Positions 36,181-54,000 of a DNA stretch of 61,897 bases are shown piece after piece (positions within the stretch are counted from its first letter, which is position 1; each line of letters begins with the position of its first letter). The DNA is taken from the NCBI RefSeq assembly GCF_002571385.2, contig NW_019217892.1:577614-639510 (forward strand). The letters are read 5' to 3'. The position numbers were made by a program, and so were the translations under genes. Origin of the DNA: Stylophora pistillata. Its lineage: Eukaryota. The notes below the pieces were generated by a model, which was given only the letters and a program-made list of their open reading frames with translations, was not told the DNA's origin and did no database searches.

Positions 36181-37191
36181 CTAATTTGGTCGTGTTTGCT
36201 CCCTCGTAAAATGAAATGCATCTTCGATTGACGGTCTCAACCTTGGCTCGGGCATCAAACAAGAACGAATCAAATTCTCTATGCAGGAGCCGCATGATTT
36301 ATTATCTGCTTCATTAAGTGTCGCGGGTGGAACCCCGTGAACGATGTTATTCAAAGTTTCAAAAATATTTTCACCTGGTCGAAGCGGAAACGCTGGTTCC
36401 AAGAAAACCATTTCGAACGCGACGCATCCCAGCGCCCAAGCATCTTGTTTGCTCGAATATCTCTCTCCTCGAATTCTCTCCGGGGCAACATAGATTCCGT
36501 AAAAGGAATCTTTACCATCAACGCATACATTAAGCTCTGTTTCACTAGGAGTGTAAATGAGGAGATTGTGGAGCAAAATATCTCCTGATTTCGAAAGAGA
36601 CAATGTCTTGCTTTGGATTTCCGTGTGCACAATCTGACGTCTCTGTAAATACCACAAGGCATCGCAGATTTGATGCAACATCTTCCACAAAAGTCCCTCG
36701 GAAAATGTCACTCCTGCTTTGCGATATTCGTGGACCAGATCGTAAAGACTCGGTGAAAATGGCTCCAGGACGACTCCTATAGTTTCTCGTTCCCTGAACA
36801 AAACCAGTACCTGCATAATGTTCTTGTGGCGTATTTCGGCCCATCTCTTAAGGAGACGCGAAGAATTTGTAGAGTTGAAAGTCTTGGTGCTGATGCACTT
36901 GAGTAGAACCTTAGAATTATCCAGCAAACTCCTGGTTGGATAAATACAATGAACCCGCATATCTCTGGAGAGATTCAAGTTTTGTGCCTCGAACTCTCGG
37001 AAGCTGAAATCCGATGTCAAAAAGTCGATTAAATGTTGCGGTAAAGGCAGTTTTTTACGCGCTTTTCGAAGTCGCCGCAATCCGGTGTTTTTGATAATCA
37101 CAGCCCTGCAAAGTTCTCTGAGACTGATCATTTTAGACTCGCAAGTTCTCCGTCTCTTCCAGCGTATGTCAGCTTCGACGACAGAAGACAT
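36181..37191 (-). CDS. Intronless SOCS-box plus NEK-like pseudokinase fusion protein, 336 aa
   Basis: aa 22-58 SLRELCRAVI...LPLPQHLIDFL (BC box plus Cul5 box). Kinase fold landmarks: VLLK, HKNI, FSEGLLWKMLHQICDALWYL, YVAPE, YSSKQDAWALGC, RPS. HRD reads HTE, DFG reads NLL, no glycine-rich loop. Confidence 0.88.
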   Translation of the reverse strand: MSSVVEADIRWKRRRTCESKMISLRELCRAVIIKNTGLRRLRKARKKLPLPQHLIDFLTSDFSFREFEAQNLNLSRDMRVHCIYPTRSLLDNSKVLLKCISTKTFNSTNSSRLLKRWAEIRHKNIMQVLVLFRERETIGVVLEPFSPSLYDLVHEYRKAGVTFSEGLLWKMLHQICDALWYLQRRQIVHTEIQSKTLSLSKSGDILLHNLLIYTPSETELNVCVDGKDSFYGIYVAPERIRGERYSSKQDAWALGCVAFEMVFLEPAFPLRPGENIFETLNNIVHGVPPATLNEADNKSCGSCIENLIRSCLMPEPRLRPSIEDAFHFTREQTRPN

Positions 37192-38678
37192 TAGAGATGA
37201 TATTTTTTTGTTCCGTAGATTTTACTTAATTCACTGCCCTATAGGCGTTGGAAATTTTAGTACTAGTTGAGGATGATAAAATGCCCCGTTTTGAACATGG
37301 TTGTAAGTCATATGCAATTGCTTCTGTATGACAAAGCAGGTCCATGACTTAAATAGCCCTCACTGCATTTATTATTATCGCGTTGTAAGTCAGCAAAATT
37401 AGCGTATGATGTCATTTCCGTTTAGCATAAGTCTGCAAGTTCGGACTTGTAGTTTCCAAACTAAATTTATAGACTTTTACAATGACAAAAATCGTTTAAA
37501 AAATATCTTTCTTACTTAGGTTGACAGAGAGAAATTTTCTTCGAGTGCAATTGAATTATTTCTATGAGGAAATAGGTTCAAATGTAAATCAAATCAACTT
37601 CTCAACTTTTGACTCGAGTATTTTAGTGCGTGACTCTTGTCACGCACCTCAAAGGAACGCTGGAGACGTGTAAAAGCACATCTTAAAGAAATTATTCTGG
37701 ATTCCCAGAGCAAATATCATCGATATTTAAGATAAATAATTTGTTTGTGAATTGAAAGCTATTCACCAGGTAATTAAGAAATTAAACGGTATTGTCTCTT
37801 CCACGACCTATTGTAGAGATTTTCGCTGTTCTGAAAACCGCAGAATAGATAACATTTTGAGGAGCGATTCTAAGTCTATCTTCCCCCTTCCAAAAATAAA
37901 CCCTATTTCAACACAACTTGAAGGGCGATCGCGACTAGGCTTGTCCCGATTGTGCTCGGCAACTTTTTAGCAACTAATTACTTTTGATGTTTGGAGCCGA
38001 CTTCGAGCAATTTTTGCCCTTCTGAGCAATTTTTGAGCAAAATATAGGTTTAGAGCACATATCAAGCACGAAAAAGTCGACGATTTCATTAAAAAAGAAG
38101 AGATTGACGCGTAACCACGCTTGACAACGTTTCGCAAGCCTATTGCGATCTTTATCCAATATTCTAACTAAAAATGACGTTCGGCAGGACGTAAAACGAA
38201 TCTTGTGTTTTGTTCCGTCATTAGTCTTGAATCCTTAAATATCGGCCATATTTGCAAGCAATTCTTTAGAGCCTACTTTCAAGCTATTTTCCTTGACTGT
38301 TGTTGGTTATTTTTGTGAATAACGAAAAATAAAGCCTTAATCAACGTTTTTATAAAAGTAACAAGGTAGCAACTTTTGAAATTTAGGCAGTAACTTTTGG
38401 ATTTTGGCATTTCTTAGCAACTTTTTGGCATTCTAGTGGGCAAATTTCCAGCACAGGCCTAATCACGGCAGCAAAGAAGCTCGAACCTTTTGCTTTAGGG
38501 CTCGACATCAGGATTTGGTGATAAAAACCCAACAGTGACCGTGGAAGCCTGAGCCTAACTCAGCGGTGAAACAATCGATCGATATAATATCGGCCATGTT
38601 CGTTCGTTCGATGATTCAACGGAAAAGTTCGTTGTTAGACATTGTCGTATAGTAATGGCGACAAGCTAGGAATCAAAG

Positions 38679-44587
<5,909 letters not shown>

Positions 44588-45968
44588 AAAAAGGGGGATG
44601 ATTAATAACAGAATGACAGTTGGAGAAGGAAGAAGATTGAGGAATAAACTGAGTTTTACTTTTTCCATGCTTCTGGTAGTTTGCTAAGATGCATATAAGG
44701 TCTAGTGATCACTACATCTTGGCTGTAGACAGGATGTTTTTCATGGGGGTCTTAGACTATCAGCATAGTGGCATCCAAGGGTGCTGCTTTTGCTGCAATT
44801 ATAGACCATTCCTATATCTTGATAAAAAGGGGCTTTGCCTATCAAGGTTGTGTTGGAGTAGGCAGCTTATGTTGGTTAGACGGTGGTACCACTAAGATTA
44901 AGTAGATCAATTAATGTGTTTGGTAATGGCAAACTGGTTGATTAGCCTCTGGAGAAGTTGTTTCTTAGTCTTTATTTGAATTAGCAGATGTTTGCTGTGG
45001 TTAAAATTGATTTTTTTTTAGTTCTTCAGTTGAAATGTTATTTGCTGGCTTTAAGGTTTTTCTCCTTTCTCTGAAGAGCTATAATGTACTTGGCATTGTT
45101 CAACATGAAATTAGACTAGTAGTTGAAATAGAGTCTGGTTGCAGTAAAATTAAAGATGATGGCGATTTGTCAAACATTAGGGCAGTCTGAACCTCCAAAG
45201 GAGAGATTATATATCATTTCTTTATAAATAGGTTTTTTTTTTTAGGGAGAAGCTGTGTGGAGTGCGATTTGAGTTACAATATTTATTAATTCTGTACATA
45301 CTGCACTGTTGGTAACTGTATTCACACTCTCTTCCTGCATGCAATCCATTTTTCATTATTATATAGCTTTGCTTATTCAAATTTGATAACATCTTCAGTT
45401 TGCAGGACAAATAAATATTGATATGTAATTACTAATCAAATGTTAAACTTTTCACAGTGCAAATGAAGATAAAGTGGAAAGTGAATTCTGCAGTGATAGC
45501 TAGCATTCATTACCTGTTATTTGTTTTAATTTTCTAAGATGCAGCTCTGCTAATGGGTGATTTTTGAGTGTTTGTAATTAATTATTTTTGTTCATATTAG
45601 GATATTACAAATCATTCTGCACTAACTTATTACTTTGTTAGGAGGTGCATGTCCTCACTTGGGGGCAAATGAAATTTTAGACATCTGGAATTTCGATAGG
45701 CTATTCAAAGCATTTACCAAACATATCTGTTGTGAATTAGTATTCTTTGCTGTACATATGCCATACCTGACAAATTCAGACATCAATCATGTTCCAAGCA
45801 AGTCTAATTGTAAATAATGAAACAAAAGTTTTGGTAACTTAACTTGTTCAGCATTTACTGTAGATTTCATGAAGCATAAGATCCAAATAAAAAAATTAAT
45901 TTAGTTTACCATTAATGTTTTGTACACTGGTTATCGAACTTATTGAACTTACAAGAATACATTTTTTT

Positions 45969-48900
45969 TTATTTCACTTGATAAAAGAAAATGTTCTGTA
46001 CTTCATCCAAGTCTTCTTCTAAAAGAGAAATTTCTGGTACATCATAGTTAACTGTACATGGCTTTACCCAACTGTTGACATCAATACAGGGCTGTAGGAA
46101 GTGAGAGAACAGAAATATTTGTTTCAACTAAACCATTCCCGTCTCAGTAGAAGCATGAACACCCCTAAATTAAGCCAAAGGGTTTGCAAAACAAGCAATT
46201 ATATCAATTAGCACTATGTACCTTATAGTTGAACACTGTGGCTTCTTCAAGACTTGGAACAGTGACTAAAATACATCCTGGTTTTATCACATGCTCTCTG
46301 ATGAATTTCCAGGTTCTGTGCATAAAGAAAATGACTCAATGTTTCTCCTACCACAGTTGAAGTTCTCTCAGTACATTTTGGAAAGGATGTGGAGTTACCC
46401 ACACTTTTTTTTTAGGTTTTAGATACAACTGAAAAGATAAAGAACATTGATTATTCTAATTTTTCCTACCTTATTTGCTGATCTGTTGATAAAAAAAACT
46501 CAAACACATTGTTGAGAATCACAATGTCAGCTGCAGAAAAAAGTTTAGAATAACTATTAGACAGTAAATTCTAAAACGGGGGTTACTCAAACTCTGAATA
46601 TCCTTAGTTTGCTTTCCACCTTCAAGTAACGACTGTGCAGAATTTCCACTAAAAAATATTGTTACTGTTGCAGGAATAAATAAGTTAAAATCATCCTTTA
46701 TAGGATATACTAGGACAACTATTCACCTTTTAGTGCCTGTGGCTCACAGTGGATATTTACCTCGCCACTTTGCCGTCCAGTAAATATCCACTTCCACTTC
46801 AGTAAATAATTATTAATTAGTATATACCACACATGTGGAGGTGTGGTAGCCTCATGGTTAGTGCGCTCGACTCCGGATCGAGTGGTCCCGGTTCGAGCCC
46901 TGGCCAGGACATTGTGTTGTGTTCTTAGGCAAGACACTTCACTCCCACAGTGCCTCTCTCCACCCAGGTGTATAAATGGGTACCGGCAATTTAATGCTGG
47001 GGGTAACCCTGCAATGGACTAGCATCCCATCCAGGGGGGAGTAGAAATACTCTTAGTCGCTTCATGCTACAGAAACCGGAGTTAAGCACCGGCCTAATGG
47101 GCCACTAGGCTCGTAAACAGACTTTACTTACTATATACCACACAAGTGAATATATGCATTTCATGCCTGCTGATTGGCTAGTTTGGAAGTGAATTGCAAG
47201 TACTTTTCACCAATGGGCAGCCAAAGAGACAAAATTGTGCATCAAGAGTTTAATTTCGGATCATTTTGAAAGAAATAATTAAAACTTATTTATTGGTATA
47301 TTTGCAGTCTAAACTAAAACAATCATTCCCCTCAGAGTTGGTGAAAGTGGTGGATATCTACTTTCACCTTGGTGTATAACATTTTGTTGTCTAGCACTTT
47401 ATGCTAGATACATTGTTATTTGTAAGCCTTGTAAACCTGACAGTAGATAAAGATTATCTATCATATGACCAGTACAACCCCTTGCTTGCTTTAAGCAAAA
47501 AAAAAAAAAAAAATTGAAAATTCAGAGCAAGAGGCAAAGTGGTGTGAGCAGGGTTGGAAAAAAGCTGCTCAGCAACTGTACTTCCCTAAGAATACTTTCT
47601 TTCCACTCCCAGTTATCAGTGATAAAAATTTTAAGTTATTTTTTTCAACAAGTGTGATCACTGTCATACCTTGTTCCATGAGGGATTGCTCACTACAAAT
47701 ATCAGCATGTCTAATCTTAGATAAAAAAAGAGCACTTGTCATTTCACATCATGTTTCCATAAAATGTTGGATAGAACAAACTTTACTCTCATGACACTTA
47801 TCATCAGCAGTTTATCCTAAATACCTTGTTTTAAAAACACAATGGTCGCTTCTGACGATCAGTTTCTATTTGAAGTGCTCAGAAAAGAATTTCACTAATT
47901 TATGATCAATTGTTATTACTAAAATAAAATTACAGTTCCACAGTAAAACACTAAGTAACTGATGGTGTGATTGGGCCGTGAATCTCATGGCCTTTTTGGA
48001 AGCTGGCATGCAAATAATTCCAATCTTTACCAGTCCTATTACTTTTCAGTTCAACAAACTCACCTCAACCCGATCATGCATTCTGTACTTTTCTGTTATT
48101 TCTTGTTGTAAATTGCACAGCTCCAAGTTAATTTCAACTCCAACAATCTTCTTTATTGGACTGAAATGATAAGCCTGTGAGTAAACAACAACAAAAAAAA
48201 AAAACATTTTATACAATCATGTAAACTATGTACCATACTTGTGAGAGGCATGGTGGCTAGATAAGAGTTTGCATGCTGCACTTGGGGTTGAGAGGCTCAA
48301 GTTCAAGACCTGGCTGGGTAATTCTGCTGTGTGCTTAGGCAAGATAATCTACTTTCAACATGCCTCTTTTCACCGAGGAGTAAATAAATGGGGTATCCCT
48401 GAAATGTCACCAGAGCCTGACAAAATGCTGGGTGTAACCTGCAATGGACTAGCATTCCATCCAGGGGGGGGGAGTGGTGATCCTTCTTACTGATTCATGC
48501 TGCAGAGACTTAGACTGTGGGCTTCTAAGCACAAGTGCAGAATTTGGAACCTGTTATTTTTTAGATGTGGGGGGGTGAGTGAGGCTGGTATAATTTTTAA
48601 AAACCAGTTGCAGTTTTACATACCCTTGCCCAATTTCATGCAGAAAAAATTATCACCCACCCTCTCATGTGATCCAAAAAAGTTATGATCCTCCCCACCC
48701 TAAGCTTAAATTTTTGGTGACCCTCTCCTTTTTGGTTGCACAAAATGTAATCAACCTCTATTGCTCAGTACACCAGCCCTCCCCCTGTAGTAGGTGACAG
48801 GTCCCTTAAATGTTTTCTACACCAATCAATGTTTTTTTTTGCACATACTTATTACAATTATATAGATCTCTGTCATTGGCAAACAATTTTTTCATAGTAC

Positions 48901-50844
48901 GTTTCTGACATCAGTAAGTTGTGGTAATTGCAACATTATTGGTTTAGAATAGTTATAAATCTAATGATAAAAACAAAACACATGAAAGTACTTGCCCCAT
49001 AAAGAACAGCACCCAGTCTGGAGCCAACATCAACTAACAACCTATCTGCTAGATTTGTTGCAATGGAAGGAAGAGCTGCTTCAAATATGAATTTTAACTG
49101 CACAAGTGACGATGAATGGGAGATGAAAGCTGTAAAAAGTACATTACAATGTTATGGAGAGTGTGTTGCATTACAGAATTGCTAAAAATAGAAATGAAGA
49201 AGTTTCAAGAATGCTTAGTCATGCTGACTCATTGAGAACTTTTAATAGAACTTTCTAGAACCCTTTGTCAGCATATTTTGTTATGATGCAATAGTAATGT
49301 AATGATACTAAAAACAGTTGTGTTACTGTAACAGATCTCTAGAATATTCTAGAACATTTTGTAAAACATATATAAGGAGTTGCGATCGGTTAAAGTTAGA
49401 CCTTTTTTAGTGAGTTAGTGCTGTCGTGAAGAGCCCAGAGGAGCTGGTGTTATTACAGAGCCGGACTACAGAGAGTTGTTGCAATTATTTACTGTTATTG
49501 GAATCGTCAGCCATGTGGAAGGCTTCAGTGAGAAAAGTACTGTGGATGTCAATAAGTTACAAGGATCTCTAAAGAGAACTGTGAGTTGTGCAGTAGTGTA
49601 CTGAGGTTATAGTTTTATAGAGGGCTCTAGGATAAGAGGTTAGTTATTGTATTGGTTATTGGTATCACTCCGTAATAAGATTATTACGTCAGTTAATAAA
49701 GTAGTTGAGTTGGTACGAGTTGTATCTTTCTAACAGTTGAGAAAATACTGTAACAACAATAACATGAGTATTGCTTTGTCACGGTGTTAGCTAAACAATA
49801 ATTCTTGAATTTTTTTTTTCCATATATTTTGTAAGGAGTTGACAAAGAGACTTTGTTTAACAATCAAGAGCTTTTTCAGTTGGTAATCATTTCTTTTATT
49901 CTTGAAATCTTGATGTGCGGTTCACGAGTGCCATGGTAAGGAGATGCTACTTAGGAATCAAAGGGTTAAATATCAATAAAAATTATAATTAATAGCAAAT
50001 ATATATATCTTATTAACCAAGTGCGAGGGCCGTACTGGGAGAATATCGGCCCGAGGTCTTGACAGTATGGACTGAGCGCAGCAAGGTCTGTACAAAAAAG
50101 AACGAGGGCCGATATTCTTCCAGTACGGTCCCGAGCAAGCTTGGTTAATACGAGATTTATTATACGACTGAAGTTCAAAGGGACACAAGTGCGGTATCAT
50201 TCGGGACAGTGCCTGGTCCAATACTGAGAGAATATTGACCGGCAATAGAGCATTTTGATTGGTTGATTTTAGTTATTGGCCCTCTGACTTCCCGAGTCGT
50301 GTATTATAACTCACATACTTAGTGGGGCGGTATTGTGAGATCCACATTGTTTACAGTAGTTACGACTCATTTTTCCTTCATCACAAAGTCTATCGATGTC
50401 TTCATCGCTATACAAGAATGAGTCAACATGCACTGTGGTTGAAGGTTGACACGCTAGGCCCTGCAGTGAATAACAAACAGAGAGGTATAAAAACTGAGAT
50501 TTGTTTTCCCTTAACAAAATTGTTGGTACTTTTAGCTCACTCTTACTCCAGAGAACTCTTACCTTTCCTTCTTCAGGGTGTCTGATCTTTTCTGTGTCCA
50601 GTACTCCTTGCAGTGGAATTATCCTTTTAATGTCCTTTGCGATCTTTTTTAACCTTTTCTCTGCCCAATTCAAAGTGTCATCAATAGTTTCTCCGGAATG
50701 TTTACTGGTATATGCATTAGAACAATGTTCCATAACCCATTCAACAAAATCTTCAGAATCGTTGGGGTCAACTTTTAATAGAGTGCGAAGAAAGGTCGAC
50801 CTTGCTTCTTCGAGAGAGCAAGTGCAAGAGTCGTTCTCTTCCAT
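45969..50844 (-). CDS. Uncharacterised class I SAM-dependent methyltransferase with a CxxC motif, about 330 aa
   Basis: Exons 50844-50563, 50460-50319, 49129-48996, 48174-48064, 47715-47670, 46530-46470, 46315-46222, 46091-45969, all phase-consistent. Motif I LVDVGSRLG, then GVEIN, HADI, DIVILNNVFEFF; YCKQCGS upstream. Confidence 0.85.
46834..47131 (+). mobile_element. Full-length tRNA-derived SINE (MetaSINE-like core) with 13-bp TSD; degenerate copies ~48243-48545 (+) and ~42330-42635 (-)
   Basis: Box A TAGCCTCATGG, box B GGTTCGAGCC, core GGCAAGACACTT...CTCTCTCCACCCAGGTGTATAAATGGGTACC, ACTTT-like tail. TATATACCACACA at 46821-46833 and 47132-47144. Confidence 0.9.
49150..49755 (+). mobile_element. 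Solo LTR (Gypsy-like), 606 bp
   Basis: TGTTA...TAACA termini; 4-bp TSD ACAA (49146-49149, 49756-49759); TATATAAG near 49369; AATAAA near 49695. Confidence 0.75.
50001..50308. repeat. Hairpin-rich interspersed repeat, architecturally related to the 320-bp family
   Basis: TTATTAACCAAG...CCGTACTGGGAGAATATCGGCCC...GGGCCGATATTCTTCCAGTACGG...CTTGGTTAAT long inverted repeat. Confidence 0.75.
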
Positions 50845-51009
50845 ATGACTCAAGTAATCAAGTAACTCACACAATCACAACCAGAAACAGCTTGGTGTTA
50901 GATGAGAGCTCAAACTAGCTCCTTCAAATGATAAAAAATTTGAAGCTTACACGTGCGTATGGCTTGGTTTCCAAGCCAAAACATCGCGTGGTCACAGAGC
51001 CGAGGTAAG
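50845..51009. promoter_or_regulatory. Compact bidirectional promoter region (methyltransferase / POLR3F) with an E-box
   Basis: Only 165 bp separate the divergent ATGs. CACGTG at 50950-50955; AAGATGGCG (YY1-like) over the POLR3F start. Confidence 0.7.
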
Positions 51010-54000
51010 ATGGCGGTTGCCGATGTGGTTATCAAGCAAGAGGCTGTAGATGCCGTGGATTTAGAAGAGAGAGTTGTCCAGCTTTGCAAAGAGAGTCCTA
51101 AAGGAATAACAGATCAGATTATTTCGCAGGATATGCCAAATATTCCACCGCAGCAAAGAGTCACGGCCATAAACAGACTTCTCTCAATGGTGAGTCTTGG
51201 CTAGAATCGCTCAGCTGAGTTTCAGAATTTATGCTTATTATCTCCTCGTTTCAACAAACATGTTTGACATTGAATAGTTTAACTATTTCGAAGGAAACTA
51301 AGACGAATATTTGGGTAAAATGTACACTTAATTATTAGAAATTAATGACGCAGCCTCACGAGTACACAGAAATTCGTTATGTTAGCAAGTTTGTTTTTCT
51401 AACTTTCGACAATTCTTTCGCGGTAGGGTAGGATTGAACTTCTTAAAAGTGGTACACAACTTTTATACAGATACAAAGATGCCCAAGCAACAACGTAAGT
51501 TTTAGCCTCTCATTTTCTTAATTTCTTAAGGGTAAGATCAAATTAAATATGGCTAGATAACAGCAGCAAAGAAAGTTGTAGATCACCCCATGTAGGGCAA
51601 CAAATTTGGAGTCAATAACAGATGTTGAGTTCCTGAAGATGAGAAGCTTTGAATGTCTAGTCATAGAGAGAGAACAGGTCGAGATCTGCAGAACCCAAGA
51701 ATTTTTCCCCTGTGTTCTAGATCTGTAAATGGCTGTTCTCAATATAATACCTGTATTTCCCTTTTCCTTGTTTAGTCAATATTACTTTGTAGATAGAGTG
51801 TGAAGAGAATTATACAACAATGCAGTGAAATAACTTCTCTTCAGATTTTCTCCAGTGTGGTGGATGGGAAGAATTTTTTAGTTATGGCCATGCTCATTTT
51901 GGTAAATGAGCTAATAAGTTTGCTGTCAGGCTGAAATATTACCTGATAACTACAGACTGATATAAAAACTGTCAAACTATCAAGTGGACATACAATGGGT
52001 ATTTATTGATAGATTAATATTATGACCTCTCTTCAACAGAAAAACTAAAGGATTTGAATTAGAAGAGAAACTTGTTTATCAGATTATAGAAGAGGCACAA
52101 AACAAAGGTACATGCATTAATACTGTTGCATGTTTTAACTTTTTATCAAAAATGTAATAAAAATAGCTTTGATTGTTTTTTTTTTAACTCATGTCCATTA
52201 GCAGGGGACTGGCCATCTCTCATACATATACGTATAGGTTAATTGACCACTCCCCATAGGGGCTTCTCAGGGCCAACACCCACCCATCCCACCCAGGGGA
52301 GGACATCCACCACACAGTAATCTCGTGCATGGGAAATTAATGTCTCCTACCCCTAACCCTGCAGGAGACGGGACCTACAGTTTATTCGTCCTTATCCGAG
52401 AAGACTAGAATATCTATCCATTTTTTATTATAGAAAGGTAGCAAATTCTCCTCACTTTTTTTAAGACTATGAGTATCGGTCCGGCCGGGGCTTGAACCCT
52501 CAACCTCCCGCACAACACAATCCGGAGCTCTAACCAATTGAGCTAACTGGGAGGTGGTTAGCTCAGTTGGTTAGAGCAACATCACTTGACATCACTTTTA
52601 AACCTCTTCCAAAATCTAGATAACATTACTCCACACTTCTCCACACTTTCTGCAGAGCATTTCTTATAATTTCAGCTCTGAGAATTTGGTGTCAGATTGA
52701 ACAAGTCTCAATTTTTATTTCTACTCCTAACCATTCTGCTTTAAAAGTTAGTGATATTGTAAGAAGTTCTTTTTTAATCACTGGTGGGCATGAAATTTTG
52801 TCATGTTTTATGTGGCACTACTTGTTAGGAATCTGGATCAGGGACATTAGATTCAAAAGTAATATACCAATGACTCAAGTCAACAAGATTGTAAAGAACT
52901 TGGAAAGTAAGAAGCTCATTAAAGCCATTAAATCAGTTGCTGTAAGTATTACAAGTATTTTTTTTTTTTTGTTTGTAAAATCAGTGGTTTCATAACAAGC
53001 CGGTGACCACTGGAGTTCTGCCAGCTACTTGATTGTATGTCACTGGCTACTCTGGTCATAACAGTCTGCTTGTGACAAACAATCTCAGCATTATCACAGC
53101 CGCTTACTTTTCCAGAGTCGGCCGCCTACTTCAAAACATTTTGAAACCACTGAAAATTAATATGTCACAATTTTTGTTGTGTTCTTTGTGGGTCACTCAT
53201 TTCATCCATGACCATTGTAACCCTTTAATTAACTCCTCAGATCTTTTGTTGATTCTCCCCTCTAGCTCCTATACATTTTGTTGTCAATTGGCTATGAGAA
53301 TTTGGTGTTGGATCAAGACAACAACTTCTGCCTGATAAGTCTGGGTATTCTTGTAACTTTTTTTTGGATAATGGTGGGAATGCATTTTTGCTGTACAAAT
53401 CTCAAGCAATTTACAATTCTCTACCAAGGTCCTAAAATTTGGAACTCTCTCCCTATTTCAGACACTCGTTCGTCAAACTTTCTCAGCTTTAAGACGAAAT
53501 TGCAAGAGTTTTTACTTGATAAATAATCACTGAATTGGCCAAGCCGCTCATTTGCAGCACTTTTTCTTTACTTGATTTATTATTGTAAGTGAGGTGGCTC
53601 TCCCATAAGCCCAGTGGCTTCTTGGGTCTCCTCACCTTGAAACTGTTATCGTTGTAATTAAATATTTTCATTGTTAAAATAAGGCAAATAAAAGATGATG
53701 ATGATATTATAGGGAGAAGTTACATGTTAATCACTTCTGGGAGTTAAAGGATTAAATTGATATGGTTGAATTTCCCAACAGAAAACTTTACATTGACTGT
53801 TTTTGATTGAAAGTGATTACCAGACATCTTTGTGCCCACAAGTTGAGGAAAGACAAGATTGCAGCCTGTTCTCCTCATCTCTGGCTTTAGACAGTTGTCT
53901 TTCTGGCACATTAGTACTCATTTATCCCACCTCTTTTACAATATCCATCACAATTCATTAACTTAATGTGTTTCTTGGTGCCACAAGTCCAAAAAAAAAA

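Noticed and set aside
46834-46910. tRNA gene
   Set aside because: A and B boxes are present, but the sequence runs into a SINE core and tail and is flanked by a TSD. The same reasoning applies to the SINE heads near 52500 and 56790.
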